Source: Candidatus Levyibacteriota bacterium
GTDB lineage: Bacteria > Patescibacteriota > Microgenomatia > Levybacterales > UBA12049
Assembly: GCA_027459745.1 (NCBI GenBank)
Contig: DAIDHL010000003.1
Coordinates: 1,125 to 65,124 of the forward strand
Direction: 5' to 3'
Length of the DNA stretch: 64,000 bases
Within the stretch, counting starts at the first letter, position 1. Each line of letters opens with the position of its first letter. This document shows, piece by piece, positions 46,512 to 57,313 of the stretch. The notes beneath the pieces are model-generated. The model did no database searches. It had not been told where the DNA came from and worked only from the letters and a program-made list of their open reading frames with translations. The translations under genes were made by a program, and so were the position numbers.

Positions 46512-48503
46512 ATGAACATAAAAATACTTGATTCTTGGTTAAGAGAATATTTACAAACAGATGCTACTGCATACGAAGTGGCCAAGCAGATCTCGCTGAC
46601 AAGTGTCTCAATTGAAAGAGTAGAGAAGCACAAAGATGACTTTATTTACGATATTGAAGTAACGACCAATCGTCCCGACTTGGCTAGCGTTAACGGCTTG
46701 GCACGAGAAGCGGGAACTGTATTACCACAGAATGGGATAAGAGCCATTTATAAACCCCTTGTCCTTATGCACGAAGAGAAACAATCTAGTACAAACAATG
46801 AGATTGCTTCGTCGTCTTTAACTCCTGTCCATGACTTATTAAAAATTGAACTTGCTATCAAAGCCGTCAACCGTGTATGTGCGGTTGTAATGGACGTAAA
46901 AATTGACAAATCGCCTGAGCAAGTTATTGAAAGACTCGAGACTAGTGGGATTCGAAGTTTAAATAACTTGATAGATATTACCAACTATGTCATGCGGGTA
47001 ACCGGACAACCAACGCATGTGTTTGACTACGACCGCTTAGGGGGAACAGAACTAACTATTCGAGAAGCCAAAACCGGAGAAGAAATCACCACACTTGATA
47101 ATAAAACATACACACTTAATGGGGGAGAAGTAATAGCAGAAAACGAAAAGGGCGAAATAGTTGATTTATTAGCTATCATGGGTCTAAAAAACAGTGTAGT
47201 GACCGAACAAACCAAGCGTATCGTTTTCTTTGTCAATAATATTGACTCAAACAAAATTAGAAAAGCTTCCATGAATCTAGGTATCCGAACTGAAGCAGCT
47301 CAATTAAATGAAAAACATTTAGATCCCAACCTTTGTGAAGTAGCACTACAATATGGAATTCAACTTTATCAAGAATTAGCCGAGGGTAAAGTTGTCAGTC
47401 CTATCATAGACCTTTATCCGCATGCATCTGAAGAAAAACAGGTCGTCGTCAGTTTGGCTAAGATAAACAGCGTAATCGGCATCGACATATCCGCAGAAAA
47501 ATCGATTGATATTTTGACTAAATTAGGTTTCCAGGTCCAGCAAGAAGAAGACAACTTATATGTAACTGTGCCTACTATTCGCGCTTATGATGTTACTCTT
47601 CCCGAAGATATTATCGAAGAAATCGCTCGTGTCTATGGCTATCACAATTTACCAGTAGAGCTTCCTTCACTAAATACACAACAAGCTATACAACAGGAAA
47701 AAAATCCTTTTTACTGGGAACAAAGAATCAAAAATACCTTAAAATATTGGGGATTTACCGAAACTTACACCTATTCCATGATACCCGAGAACCTCTATGA
47801 AGGTCCTCTGAATGAAGCGGTTACCATTTCCAACCCCCTCAATGAAGAGTTCGTTTATATGCGCAATACCTTGATACCAAGCTTATTGCGTGTAGTTAGT
47901 GAGAACAAAAGTTATGAACAAGTCAAGATTTTTGAGATTGCCAACGTTTATCAGAAAAGACAAAATAAATTGCCGGAAGAAATCAGAATGCTAGCGGGAG
48001 TAATTAAGCAAAAACAAATCTCATTTTTTGTAGTTAAAGGTTACTTACAACAGCTATTTAATGATCTGGGAGTTAATAATTATGAGTTTAAACCGTCAGA
48101 TCAAGGCGGAGATGGCACAAAAATCTATGTTGCGGAAAAATATCTTGGAGATATAGAAATTTTAGATGAAAATTTAATTGACTTCGAACTTAATTTTGAA
48201 TTGTTAATAGCCCATGCCTCCCTGAGAAAAACCTATATTCCTGCCAGTAAATTCCCTCCTGTCCTTGAAGATATTTCTTTGGTGATCCCGGCAGATATTT
48301 TGACTCAGGAGGTTATAGATTTAATTAAAAAACAAAGTTCTTTAATCGTTAATGTTGAATTAATAGACCGCTATGAAAATAACCGAACTTTCCATGTTAT
48401 ATATAGGGATAATGAAAAGAATTTAACACAAGATGAAATAAAGACTCTGCATGAAAAAATCCTTTCTTCCCTCAAAAAGAAATGGCAAATTAAGGAAGAG
48501 TAA
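46512..48503 (+). CDS. pheT: Phenylalanine--tRNA ligase beta subunit (short form)
   Basis: MNIKILDSWLREYL is a canonical PheT N-terminus, and the C-terminal ferredoxin-fold domain is present. Start placed after the repeat. Confidence 0.85.
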   Translation: MNIKILDSWLREYLQTDATAYEVAKQISLTSVSIERVEKHKDDFIYDIEVTTNRPDLASVNGLAREAGTVLPQNGIRAIYKPLVLMHEEKQSSTNNEIASSSLTPVHDLLKIELAIKAVNRVCAVVMDVKIDKSPEQVIERLETSGIRSLNNLIDITNYVMRVTGQPTHVFDYDRLGGTELTIREAKTGEEITTLDNKTYTLNGGEVIAENEKGEIVDLLAIMGLKNSVVTEQTKRIVFFVNNIDSNKIRKASMNLGIRTEAAQLNEKHLDPNLCEVALQYGIQLYQELAEGKVVSPIIDLYPHASEEKQVVVSLAKINSVIGIDISAEKSIDILTKLGFQVQQEEDNLYVTVPTIRAYDVTLPEDIIEEIARVYGYHNLPVELPSLNTQQAIQQEKNPFYWEQRIKNTLKYWGFTETYTYSMIPENLYEGPLNEAVTISNPLNEEFVYMRNTLIPSLLRVVSENKSYEQVKIFEIANVYQKRQNKLPEEIRMLAGVIKQKQISFFVVKGYLQQLFNDLGVNNYEFKPSDQGGDGTKIYVAEKYLGDIEILDENLIDFELNFELLIAHASLRKTYIPASKFPPVLEDISLVIPADILTQEVIDLIKKQSSLIVNVELIDRYENNRTFHVIYRDNEKNLTQDEIKTLHEKILSSLKKKWQIKEE

Positions 48504-48605
48504 ATGTTAGAAAAAGATATTTGTATTCTGGAGCCTGACTGCTACTAAACAACTAGTTAACCGTTAAAGTCATTAACTTCTTAACCCCTTTCTACTGACT
48601 ACTAA

Positions 48606-51149
48606 CTAGTGTGGAGTTGGCGTTGGAGTATCTGTCGGTTGAGGAGTAGGAGTAGCTCCATTAGGTGTAGGCGTAGGAGTTCCGGGTGCGGAGGTAATCT
48701 GATTTGCATTTTGACTAGCAGGAGCCCAAGTAGTAGTATCAGCCGTAGAATTGACTAAATCTGCTGGCGGATTCCACAATTGATCGGTTTTATGATTTTG
48801 CTGTATCCATGCATTTATGCCATCCTGCCAGCGATTCTTACCATCGGTAGAAATTGGGTCAGATTCTTTGAAAACTACATAATCTTTTCCATCTTTAGAT
48901 TCATAAACAGGCGATTGAGCTTTAGGTTCAGTCCCTTTTATAAAGTATTCAACTCTGGTGGGTTGGCCTGGATGAGGTAACCCTCCAGCAAATGCATCAA
49001 TGGTCATTGCAATAACGTCATCTGGCTTTTGTGGAGGTTCATCAGCTTTACCTTTAAGAATTTGTGACATAATATCATTCCAAATTGGAGCAGCACCGGT
49101 AATACCGGAAGCAATGGCTTGATTCATAGGAGAATCGTCATTGTTGCCTACCCATACACCTACAACATAAGACGGTGTATAACCCATGGTCCAATTATCA
49201 CGCTTATCGTCAGTGGTACCTGTCTTGACTGAGACTGTTTTGCCAGGAACAACTAATTTTGAATACGCACCAAATTCCATAATTCTTGCGTTATTATCAA
49301 GCAAAATATGAGAAATCAAGAAACTAACATCAGCGGGGAGTACACGCTGACCACTGTTAGTTTGATGCTGATATAAAACATTGCCTTTATCATCAGTTAC
49401 TTTCTCAATAGCATATGGGTCAATCTTCACCCCAGCATTCGCAAATACTCCATAAGCAGTCACTTCTTGTAACAAGGTAGTCTCACGACCCCCTAGGACT
49501 AGAGAATAACCTACACTATTTAAATTGGCTGTCGTTGGCTGCCAATTGGTAATGCCCATATTGTAGGCTTGCTGCATCACTGGCTGAATACCGACTCTGG
49601 CCAACATCTTTACAGCCGGCACATTTATGGAGTTACCAAGAGCAAAACGAAGCTGAATTGGGCCACGATACTTACCATCATAATTAACAGGAATATAATC
49701 AGGCTCAGAATCATCTTGTTTGAAATTAGTAGCCACGTCCATTACAGTAGTAGCAGGGGTGTACCCATGTTCAAAGGCAACTGAGTACATAATTGGCTTT
49801 AACGATGATCCAGGTTGACGATAGGCTAAAGCAGCGTTGAAATTACCGTCGTTTGCACTATCAAAATAATCCTTACTCCCATCCATAGCTAGAATCGCCC
49901 CAGTTTTAGGATCAGTTACAATCGCTGCCCCATTAGTCACATGATAGCCATTCAATTTATCTAATTCAGTTGAGATATCACTTTCAACTTCTTTCTCAAC
50001 GTTGTAGTCCAGGGTGGTAGTAACCTGTAATCCTCCCGTCTCTACAGCCTGTTCTCCAAACTGATTAGCCAACAATTGCTTTACATACATCACAAAATGA
50101 GGTGCTTTAATTCCTCCTTCATGCTGAGTAAATTGATAACTAGCAATCTCTTTCTCACCAGCTGTCATCTGACTTTGCGTAATATACCCATCATCATACA
50201 TTTGGGTTAAAACAGCATTAGTACGGTCAATATAATATTTATTGCCGCTAAATGGGGAATAGACAGACGGACTTTGCGGCAAACCTGAAATGAACGCACT
50301 CTGGGCAATATCCAGATCTTTAGCATCTTTACCAAAATATTGCTGTGCAGCTGCTTCTACACCTATAGCTGTACCTCCATAAGGAATATTGTTTAAGTAC
50401 ATTTCCAATATCTGGTCTTTAGTGTACATCTGATTGACCTGAATAGACAAAATAAGCTCTTTAATCTTACGTGTCAAAGTCCTTTGATTGTTTAATAAAA
50501 CATTTTTAACTAACTGTTGGGTAATAGTGGAAGCACCGCCTAAACCATCTCCTTTGACATAGTGATATAACGCACGCACATAACCAATAGGAGAAAAGCC
50601 AGAGTTGTTATAAAAATTCTTATCTTCTATGGCAATCGTTCCCTCTCTAATGTATTTAGAAATTTCTGGTAAACTTACATATGTACGATTCTCATTTTGA
50701 TATACCGAATAAAGCAAAGTACCATTGCGGTCATAAATACGAGTTGCGTCTCCATATTTTGCATTTACCAATGTGCCGGGCGAAGGTAAATCACGGCTAA
50801 AATACCAGAAAGTAAGAGGCACAACAATAATCATCAGTAATAGTCCAATAAAAATCAGTCTGACTACTACACTCCAAAAATTTAAATTGGAAAATGAAAG
50901 AAAACCTGGAATGTGGAATAAAGGTTTGACCCGTCGATGCCGGCGGGGAGCAAAATCGACCATATTTAGTGTATTATACCATTTGGAAAATTTTCCTGCT
51001 GAAAAACCGTGACTATTTATCGACCTTCTGAACCTGTTTTTCAGCCAGTCCTTAATTTCCCTTCCTTTCCACCTGATAAACTTCATAACATACAAAACAC
51101 CTTTTTCTCTAGGTTGATTAAATTCAATATGTTTTATTTCATTTTCCAT
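48606..51149 (-). CDS. Penicillin-binding protein 1A (bifunctional GT51 transglycosylase/transpeptidase) with Pro/Thr-rich C-terminal tail
   Basis: GT51 motif EDKNFYNNSGFSPIG. Transpeptidase motifs SSLKP and KTGTT. Tail TPTPTPNGATPTPQPTDTPTPTPH. Confidence 0.85.
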   Translation of the reverse strand: MENEIKHIEFNQPREKGVLYVMKFIRWKGREIKDWLKNRFRRSINSHGFSAGKFSKWYNTLNMVDFAPRRHRRVKPLFHIPGFLSFSNLNFWSVVVRLIFIGLLLMIIVVPLTFWYFSRDLPSPGTLVNAKYGDATRIYDRNGTLLYSVYQNENRTYVSLPEISKYIREGTIAIEDKNFYNNSGFSPIGYVRALYHYVKGDGLGGASTITQQLVKNVLLNNQRTLTRKIKELILSIQVNQMYTKDQILEMYLNNIPYGGTAIGVEAAAQQYFGKDAKDLDIAQSAFISGLPQSPSVYSPFSGNKYYIDRTNAVLTQMYDDGYITQSQMTAGEKEIASYQFTQHEGGIKAPHFVMYVKQLLANQFGEQAVETGGLQVTTTLDYNVEKEVESDISTELDKLNGYHVTNGAAIVTDPKTGAILAMDGSKDYFDSANDGNFNAALAYRQPGSSLKPIMYSVAFEHGYTPATTVMDVATNFKQDDSEPDYIPVNYDGKYRGPIQLRFALGNSINVPAVKMLARVGIQPVMQQAYNMGITNWQPTTANLNSVGYSLVLGGRETTLLQEVTAYGVFANAGVKIDPYAIEKVTDDKGNVLYQHQTNSGQRVLPADVSFLISHILLDNNARIMEFGAYSKLVVPGKTVSVKTGTTDDKRDNWTMGYTPSYVVGVWVGNNDDSPMNQAIASGITGAAPIWNDIMSQILKGKADEPPQKPDDVIAMTIDAFAGGLPHPGQPTRVEYFIKGTEPKAQSPVYESKDGKDYVVFKESDPISTDGKNRWQDGINAWIQQNHKTDQLWNPPADLVNSTADTTTWAPASQNANQITSAPGTPTPTPNGATPTPQPTDTPTPTPH

Positions 51150-51252
51150 ATTTATACATTGCTTTATTTTTTGTTTATTTAATTATTGTGGTTTATTTCC
51201 CTTATCTCACTCTACTCTTTACCCTTCATCATAATTATTATATACTCAGCAT

Positions 51253-52458
51253 ATGGAAATTATCGAAGACATATTAACTCGTGGTGTTGTTAATATTATA
51301 CCAAATAAAGATATTCTGGCACAAAAACTTACTAGCGGGGAAAAGATAAATATTTATCTTGGAATCGATCCTACCGCTACTCATATCCACCTTGGCCATG
51401 CCGTAGCACTACGCAAGCTAGAACAATTTGCCAAATTAGGACATCATGTAACTTTCCTTATAGGCGATTTTACTGCATTAATTGGAGACACTTCTGACAA
51501 AGACGGTGAGAGACCAATATTAACTAGCGAAGAAATTACCAACAATTTTAAGACATACCAACAACAAGCCGAAAAAGTGCTAGATTTTTCCAAAATTAAA
51601 GTTCGTCTTAATTCAGAGTGGTTAAAAAAATTGTCTTTTGAAGAGATAGTTAAACTTGCTCAAAATTTTTCTGCTAACGATTTTCTCTCACGTGAATTAA
51701 TTGCCAAACGTCTTAAAGAAGGAAAACGAATTGGCCTACATGAACTGCTATATCCAGTTATGCAAGGATATGACAGTTATTTCATGGACACTGACATTCA
51801 AATTGGTGGAGCAGATCAAACTTTTAACATGCAAGCAGGAAGAACGTTACAGAAAATTTTACGCAACAAAGAATCGTTCGTGATTTCTCTTGATTATTTA
51901 TTGGGGACAGATGGCCGAAAAATGAGTAAAAGCTGGAGTAATGCAATTTGGCTCGATGATACACCCGAAGATATCTATGCCAAAGTAATGGCCATCAACG
52001 ATGATTTAATTTCCCAATACTATCGTCTTGCCACAAGCATACCTTTAAAGGATATACAAGCTATTGAAAATGAGTTACAAAGTGGGGCTCACCCTATGAA
52101 TATGAAGAAAAATCTCGCCCGCCAAATTGTCTTGGAATTATATAATTTATCTATGGCTGAGCATGCTGAACAAGCATTTTCAAGTCGTGTACAGAAAAAA
52201 GAGACTCCAGACGAGATCCCCACTATTACTATGTCACGTAGTGAGTTACAAACTTTACCTGTTACCGAAGTTTTAATAAAATTAGATTTATCAACCAGCA
52301 TTTCTGAAGCTAAGAGATTGATTCAGCAGGGTGGAGTTAGAATTAATACACAAGTCGTTAATAACCCACATCAGACACTAGTAGATCCTACTACTGGAAA
52401 AGAAATTTTTATCCAAGTGGGTAAATTTACATTTCGCAAAATTATAATTATAGACTAG
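51253..52458 (+). CDS. tyrS: Tyrosine--tRNA ligase
   Basis: HIGH motif (HIHLGH), KMSKS, and a C-terminal S4-like domain. Confidence 0.9.
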   Translation: MEIIEDILTRGVVNIIPNKDILAQKLTSGEKINIYLGIDPTATHIHLGHAVALRKLEQFAKLGHHVTFLIGDFTALIGDTSDKDGERPILTSEEITNNFKTYQQQAEKVLDFSKIKVRLNSEWLKKLSFEEIVKLAQNFSANDFLSRELIAKRLKEGKRIGLHELLYPVMQGYDSYFMDTDIQIGGADQTFNMQAGRTLQKILRNKESFVISLDYLLGTDGRKMSKSWSNAIWLDDTPEDIYAKVMAINDDLISQYYRLATSIPLKDIQAIENELQSGAHPMNMKKNLARQIVLELYNLSMAEHAEQAFSSRVQKKETPDEIPTITMSRSELQTLPVTEVLIKLDLSTSISEAKRLIQQGGVRINTQVVNNPHQTLVDPTTGKEIFIQVGKFTFRKIIIID

Positions 52459-52707
52459 ATTATTAAATATTTTCCTGTCTTTACTATATTTTTGTGTTTT
52501 AGATTGTAAAATAAAATATGAACTTTGTCGAAAAACATAAAAAACTTTGGACCATTATCATCATAATAGCTTCTTTAGCATTAATTTTGATGTCATTTTT
52601 GCCATACATTTCACTCTTATAGCATCTATACTCGTATTTAAATCATATCAACCAATCTAATGAGAATTCTGGACAACCCAGAATGACTAGAGTAGAATCA
52701 CTACAGC

Positions 52708-54792
52708 ATGCAGCTTCAACAGTCTATTGTCACCGCCGGAGGAATATATAAACGGTACTCTGCACTTCTAGAAAAGTTAGGTATAAATACCTTTCAAGAC
52801 TTCCTTTATCACTTTCCTCATCGCTATGATGACTTTTCACAAATTAAAATGATTTCCGCCCTAATACCCGGAGAAACTATAACTGTAAAAGGAACTGTCT
52901 TAAGTATAAAAAATTCTTATACCAAGTCTCACAAGACCTTACAAAAAGCCGTAGTAACAGACGGTACCGGGACGTTGGAGGTAACATGGTTTAATCAACC
53001 TTATCTAACTAAATCCATAAAAACTAATACAGAAATTGTCTTAGCGGGACAAACTGAAAGGAGTGGTAGTAGAACAACCATGCTTTCACCTGAGTATGAA
53101 GTTTTAAGTTCTTCCAACACTGAGACTCTTCATACCGGACGACTGGTGCCAGTTTATCCGGAAACCAGAGGTATCTCATCTAAATGGCTACGTCGACAAA
53201 TTTTTAAATTACTGGAGCAATATAAATTCATCTTGTCAGATACTCTACCCTCTGAAATCAAACAACAATATAATTTCTTGCATCTAGCAGATGCACTAAA
53301 CCTCATTCATTTCCCTAATAATTATGAGGACGTAGAACAGGCTCGAAAAAGGCTTGCTTTTGATGAGCTATTTTATTTACAACTAAAAGCCTTACATCGT
53401 AAACAGATGTGGAAACAGCGAAAATTAACCTCACCGTTGAAAGTAGATGAATACAGAACCAAAATCAATACCTTAATAAATTCTCTTCCTTTTCCTCTCA
53501 CTAAAGCTCAAAGTAGGGAATTGAATAGTATTTTTTCCGACTTACAAAGTGATCAGCCCATGAATAGATTACTCCAGGGTGATGTGGGTAGCGGAAAAAC
53601 CATTGTGGCTGCTCTTTCTATTTACGTCGCTATATTAAATGGGAAACAGGGAGTTATCATGGCCCCAACCGAAATTCTAGCTGAACAACATCATAAATCT
53701 CTAACAGAACTTTTCTCACCTCTAGGAATTCAAGTCGATTTAATTACCGGCTCAACTAAAAGTATTAAGAATAAAGAACTAAGATTAAAGAATATAGAAG
53801 GGGAAAGTGCTAAATCATTAATCCTAAATCCTAAATCTAATATTCTCGTCGGTACCCATGCCTTGCTCTATGACAAAGCTGATTTCTCCAATGCTGGAGT
53901 GGTAGTAATCGATGAGCAACATCGTTTTGGCGTCGAACAACGTGCTTTGATGCGCGAAAAAGGCAATAATCCACATGTTTTAACTATGACTGCCACGCCA
54001 ATTCCTAGAACTATGGCCTTAACTGTCTATGCAGACTTAGATGTCTCATATCTGGATGAAATGCCCGTGGGTAGAAAGCCGATTAAGACCTGGCTTGTTC
54101 CTACCGAAAAAAGGAAAGGAGCTTATCAGTGGATTGAAAAACAAATAAAAGACACCAGATCCCAGGCCTTTATAATCTGTCCTTTCATTGAGGAATCAGA
54201 AAATATGCAATCGGTTAAGGCAGCCAGTGTAGAATTTACCAGATTAAAAACGGAAGTTTTCCCTAATTTAAAACTGGGTTTATTACATGGACGTATGAAA
54301 GCCAAAGAAAAAGACCAGGTATTGCGGGATTTTAAAGATAAAAAATTTGATATTTTAGTTGCGACACCGGTAGTAGAAGTGGGCATAGATATTCCCAATG
54401 CAACGATTATAGTCATCGAAGCCAGTGAAAGATTCGGCCTCAGCCAGTTACATCAACTTAGAGGCAGAGTGGGCAGGGGAGACAAACAATCTTATTGTTT
54501 GCTTTTTGCACAAGCCAAAAATGAACAAACCACCACTCGTTTAAAAGCCATGGAAATAACTCATTCGGGATCTAAATTAGCAGAACTTGATTTACAGCTT
54601 AGAGGTTCTGGGGATCTATATGGAACCAGACAAAGTGGATATAAAATGCTAAAAATTGCTTCTTTTTCCGATAAAGATCTACTCATGAAGGCTAGAACTG
54701 CTGCAAAAATGATCTATTCTAAGATTGAGAATTATCCACAACTTAGCGCACAACTGCTGGAGCTAAACGCACAGAAGATCTCCCAGGATTAA
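52708..54792 (+). CDS. recG: ATP-dependent DNA helicase RecG
   Basis: Wedge domain followed by an SF2 helicase: GDVGSGKT, DEQHRFG, QLRGRVGRG. Confidence 0.85.
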   Translation: MQLQQSIVTAGGIYKRYSALLEKLGINTFQDFLYHFPHRYDDFSQIKMISALIPGETITVKGTVLSIKNSYTKSHKTLQKAVVTDGTGTLEVTWFNQPYLTKSIKTNTEIVLAGQTERSGSRTTMLSPEYEVLSSSNTETLHTGRLVPVYPETRGISSKWLRRQIFKLLEQYKFILSDTLPSEIKQQYNFLHLADALNLIHFPNNYEDVEQARKRLAFDELFYLQLKALHRKQMWKQRKLTSPLKVDEYRTKINTLINSLPFPLTKAQSRELNSIFSDLQSDQPMNRLLQGDVGSGKTIVAALSIYVAILNGKQGVIMAPTEILAEQHHKSLTELFSPLGIQVDLITGSTKSIKNKELRLKNIEGESAKSLILNPKSNILVGTHALLYDKADFSNAGVVVIDEQHRFGVEQRALMREKGNNPHVLTMTATPIPRTMALTVYADLDVSYLDEMPVGRKPIKTWLVPTEKRKGAYQWIEKQIKDTRSQAFIICPFIEESENMQSVKAASVEFTRLKTEVFPNLKLGLLHGRMKAKEKDQVLRDFKDKKFDILVATPVVEVGIDIPNATIIVIEASERFGLSQLHQLRGRVGRGDKQSYCLLFAQAKNEQTTTRLKAMEITHSGSKLAELDLQLRGSGDLYGTRQSGYKMLKIASFSDKDLLMKARTAAKMIYSKIENYPQLSAQLLELNAQKISQD

Positions 54793-54809
54793 AGATCCAA
54801 ATTAATAAT

Positions 54810-55310
54810 CTAATCATAAATCACCTCCTTCAATCCGTTTGAACTGAGTATAAAATTAGTTAATTCTATACTTTTTTCTAAGGCAGGTTCAACAAAATTT
54901 CGCTCTTCCCAGGCTATATCTATAATAATATGAAATGTACCCAACGGCTCTTCTTTCCAGTTCCAATTTGTAACCCCCTTAAAAGTCGCATCAGAATAGC
55001 CCTTATTTAATTTTTCCATACATAAATACTCCAACAAAATATGCTCAAATAAATGTCCAATTTCTGTATTCTTGACTTCATCTACAAAAGAATTATTATT
55101 ATCATTAAAGCAAGTAGAAGAAAAAATTGAGGGCAGTAGTTTTTGTAATATGTCTGATGTGTGAGGCAAAGAAGAGGTGTGTAAAACCTTGGTAGACATG
55201 CTCATAATCAAATCTATGCTCTTCTCTGACGGCATTAAAGCCAAACTAAAATAAGGATTAAGGGAATTTATTTCCTGATATAATAAAGCTACATTTCTCA
55301 TTGATCTCAT
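54810..55310 (-). CDS. Hypothetical protein
   Basis: 166-aa ORF. Confidence 0.35.
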   Translation of the reverse strand: MRSMRNVALLYQEINSLNPYFSLALMPSEKSIDLIMSMSTKVLHTSSLPHTSDILQKLLPSIFSSTCFNDNNNSFVDEVKNTEIGHLFEHILLEYLCMEKLNKGYSDATFKGVTNWNWKEEPLGTFHIIIDIAWEERNFVEPALEKSIELTNFILSSNGLKEVIYD

Positions 55311-55433
55311 ACCTCTTACATTTGTCTTACTAAAAGCTTACATATTGTAAGCGAGGGCTGTCAAGCTGATCATCCTTTCCCACATAGGCACTAGTTGCAG
55401 AAAACGGCTAAATAAAGTAAAATATAAGCTAAT

Positions 55434-55640
55434 ATGTCACACGAACCAAAGAAACGTCATTCCAGACAACGTCAGGGTAAAAGGAGAGCTAGCATTAAAC
55501 TTGGCTTAGCTAAGTTTGCTATCTGTCCAAATTGCCAAGCTAAGCATGCTCCTCACATTGTTTGTCCAGAATGTGGATACTATAAAGGTAGTCAAGTAGT
55601 GGTTAAAAAATCTAAGACCTCTTTGACTCAAACTGCATGA
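55434..55640 (+). CDS. rpmF: 50S ribosomal protein L32
   Basis: Zinc-ribbon CPNC...CPEC with a basic N-terminus. Confidence 0.75.
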   Translation: MSHEPKKRHSRQRQGKRRASIKLGLAKFAICPNCQAKHAPHIVCPECGYYKGSQVVVKKSKTSLTQTA

Positions 55641-55996
55641 GAACAGCACTCGATCCTAGACATAAAAAACGCCAGGATCTACTAAAAGAACTATTTAAAA
55701 TCGATTTTCACCAACAAAAAATCAGTCCCGAAGCTCAGGAAATTATGAGTCATCAGTCTGATCTTGACGCTAATATTCAAGAAGCTGCCAAAGAATTTCC
55801 CATAGAAAAAATTAACAAGGTTGATTTGGCCATTTTACGCCTAGCAATTTATGAGCTTAATTTCGTGAAAAAGGAACCAACAAATGTTATTATAGATGAA
55901 GCTATTGAATTAGCCAAAGAATTTTCTGGCCCTACTAGTCCAGGCTTTATAAACGGTGTACTGGGCAATATTCTTAAAAAAGAGACCCATGAATAA
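55637..55996 (+). CDS. nusB: NusB-family transcription antitermination protein
   Basis: C-terminal VIIDEAIELAKEFSGPTSPGFINGVLGNI matches the NusB signature. Confidence 0.6.
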   Translation: MRTALDPRHKKRQDLLKELFKIDFHQQKISPEAQEIMSHQSDLDANIQEAAKEFPIEKINKVDLAILRLAIYELNFVKKEPTNVIIDEAIELAKEFSGPTSPGFINGVLGNILKKETHE

Positions 55997-56663
55997 TAAA
56001 CTTACTTATCCACCATATAAAAATCCCGAATTATTTGAACAAGCATTCACTCATCGTTCTTATCTAAATGAATCAAAGAAAAAGATTGAATCCAATGAAC
56101 GTTTAGAATTTTTGGGGGATAGTATATTATCTTTCGTAATTTCAGAGTATCTGTACAAAAACTACCCTGAGTATAATGAAGGTATATTAACTAATCTCAG
56201 ATCACTGGTTGTTAATACTAAAAGTTTAGCTCAACAAGCTAAAGAATTACAATTCGGCCAATTATTAAAGCTGTCACATGGGGAAGAAGAGTCAGGAGGA
56301 AGGGATAATGAATCACTGCTAGCCAATTGTTTTGAGGCATATATTGGCGGTTTATTCTTAGATCAGGACATTGAAGTGGTCAAAACCTTCATCGGAGAGC
56401 AATTATTCCCTAAAATTGCCTATTTTGTATCAAGAAGGGCTTTCAAAGACCCTAAAAGCCTTCTGCAAGAGCACGTTCAGGCCAAGAAGTATAATTCGCC
56501 AATTTATAAGGTATTACATGATGAAGGACCTCCTCACGCCAAGATTTTCACCATAGGTGTATTTGTAAACGAAGAATTACTGGCTGAAGGGACAGGGAAG
56601 TCCAAGCAAGAGGCAGAAGAAGCAGCAGCTAAAGCTGCTCTTGAGAAAATACAGGAAAAATGA
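55956..56663 (+). CDS. rnc: Ribonuclease III
   Basis: ERLEFLGDSILSFVISEYLY signature and a C-terminal dsRBD. Confidence 0.85.
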   Translation: MYWAIFLKKRPMNNKLTYPPYKNPELFEQAFTHRSYLNESKKKIESNERLEFLGDSILSFVISEYLYKNYPEYNEGILTNLRSLVVNTKSLAQQAKELQFGQLLKLSHGEEESGGRDNESLLANCFEAYIGGLFLDQDIEVVKTFIGEQLFPKIAYFVSRRAFKDPKSLLQEHVQAKKYNSPIYKVLHDEGPPHAKIFTIGVFVNEELLAEGTGKSKQEAEEAAAKAALEKIQEK

Positions 56664-56786
56664 TAAAATTGTCTTTGCTTGTTACAATAATAAACAAGTA
56701 AAGTTATCCTAAGCAACTGATTTATATGTAACAGTTAAAGGATATCGTTTTTTCTGAATTAAACCAGAATCAAAAAAATAAACATT

Positions 56787-57011
56787 ATGTCACTAGTTAT
56801 TAGATTATCAAGAACAGGCAAAAAAGGAGAAAGAAAATTCCGTATTGTCGTAAAAGAGAAGCGTAGCCGACGTGATGGCGATAATGTTGAAGTCCTGGGT
56901 TGGTACGAAAAAGGTAAAGAAAATCAAAAACAACTTAACGTAGAGCGATATGAATATTGGCTTAGCAAAGGTGCACAACCAAGTTTAACCGTTTCTCAAA
57001 TCGCTAAATAA
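56787..57011 (+). CDS. rpsP: 30S ribosomal protein S16
   Basis: MSLVIRLSRTGKKGERKFRIVV. Confidence 0.85.
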   Translation: MSLVIRLSRTGKKGERKFRIVVKEKRSRRDGDNVEVLGWYEKGKENQKQLNVERYEYWLSKGAQPSLTVSQIAK

Positions 57012-57013
57012 TC

Positions 57014-57250
57014 ATGAAAAATACACTCGAATTTGTTGTTACCGCCATCGTAGATAATCCTCAAGATGTAGTAATTGAAGAACAAGAGGCAGAAGGAATC
57101 GACAATTTAACCATACATGTGCATAAAGATGATATGGGTAAAATCATTGGTAAGGAAGGCAAAATAATCAGAGCTATCCGTAATATTATGAAAATAGTCG
57201 CTATGAAGAATAACCGCCGCATAAACGTAATTATTGCTGACAACAAATAG
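57014..57250 (+). CDS. KH-domain RNA-binding protein (YlqC-like)
   Basis: GKIIGKEGKIIRAIRNIM carries the GxxG KH motif. Confidence 0.65.
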   Translation: MKNTLEFVVTAIVDNPQDVVIEEQEAEGIDNLTIHVHKDDMGKIIGKEGKIIRAIRNIMKIVAMKNNRRINVIIADNK

Positions 57251-57313
57251 TTTATATCGAAGTCTCTAAATCCCTGACTTTATTCTGTTAATTTTCCTGT
57301 CTATACTAATTGT

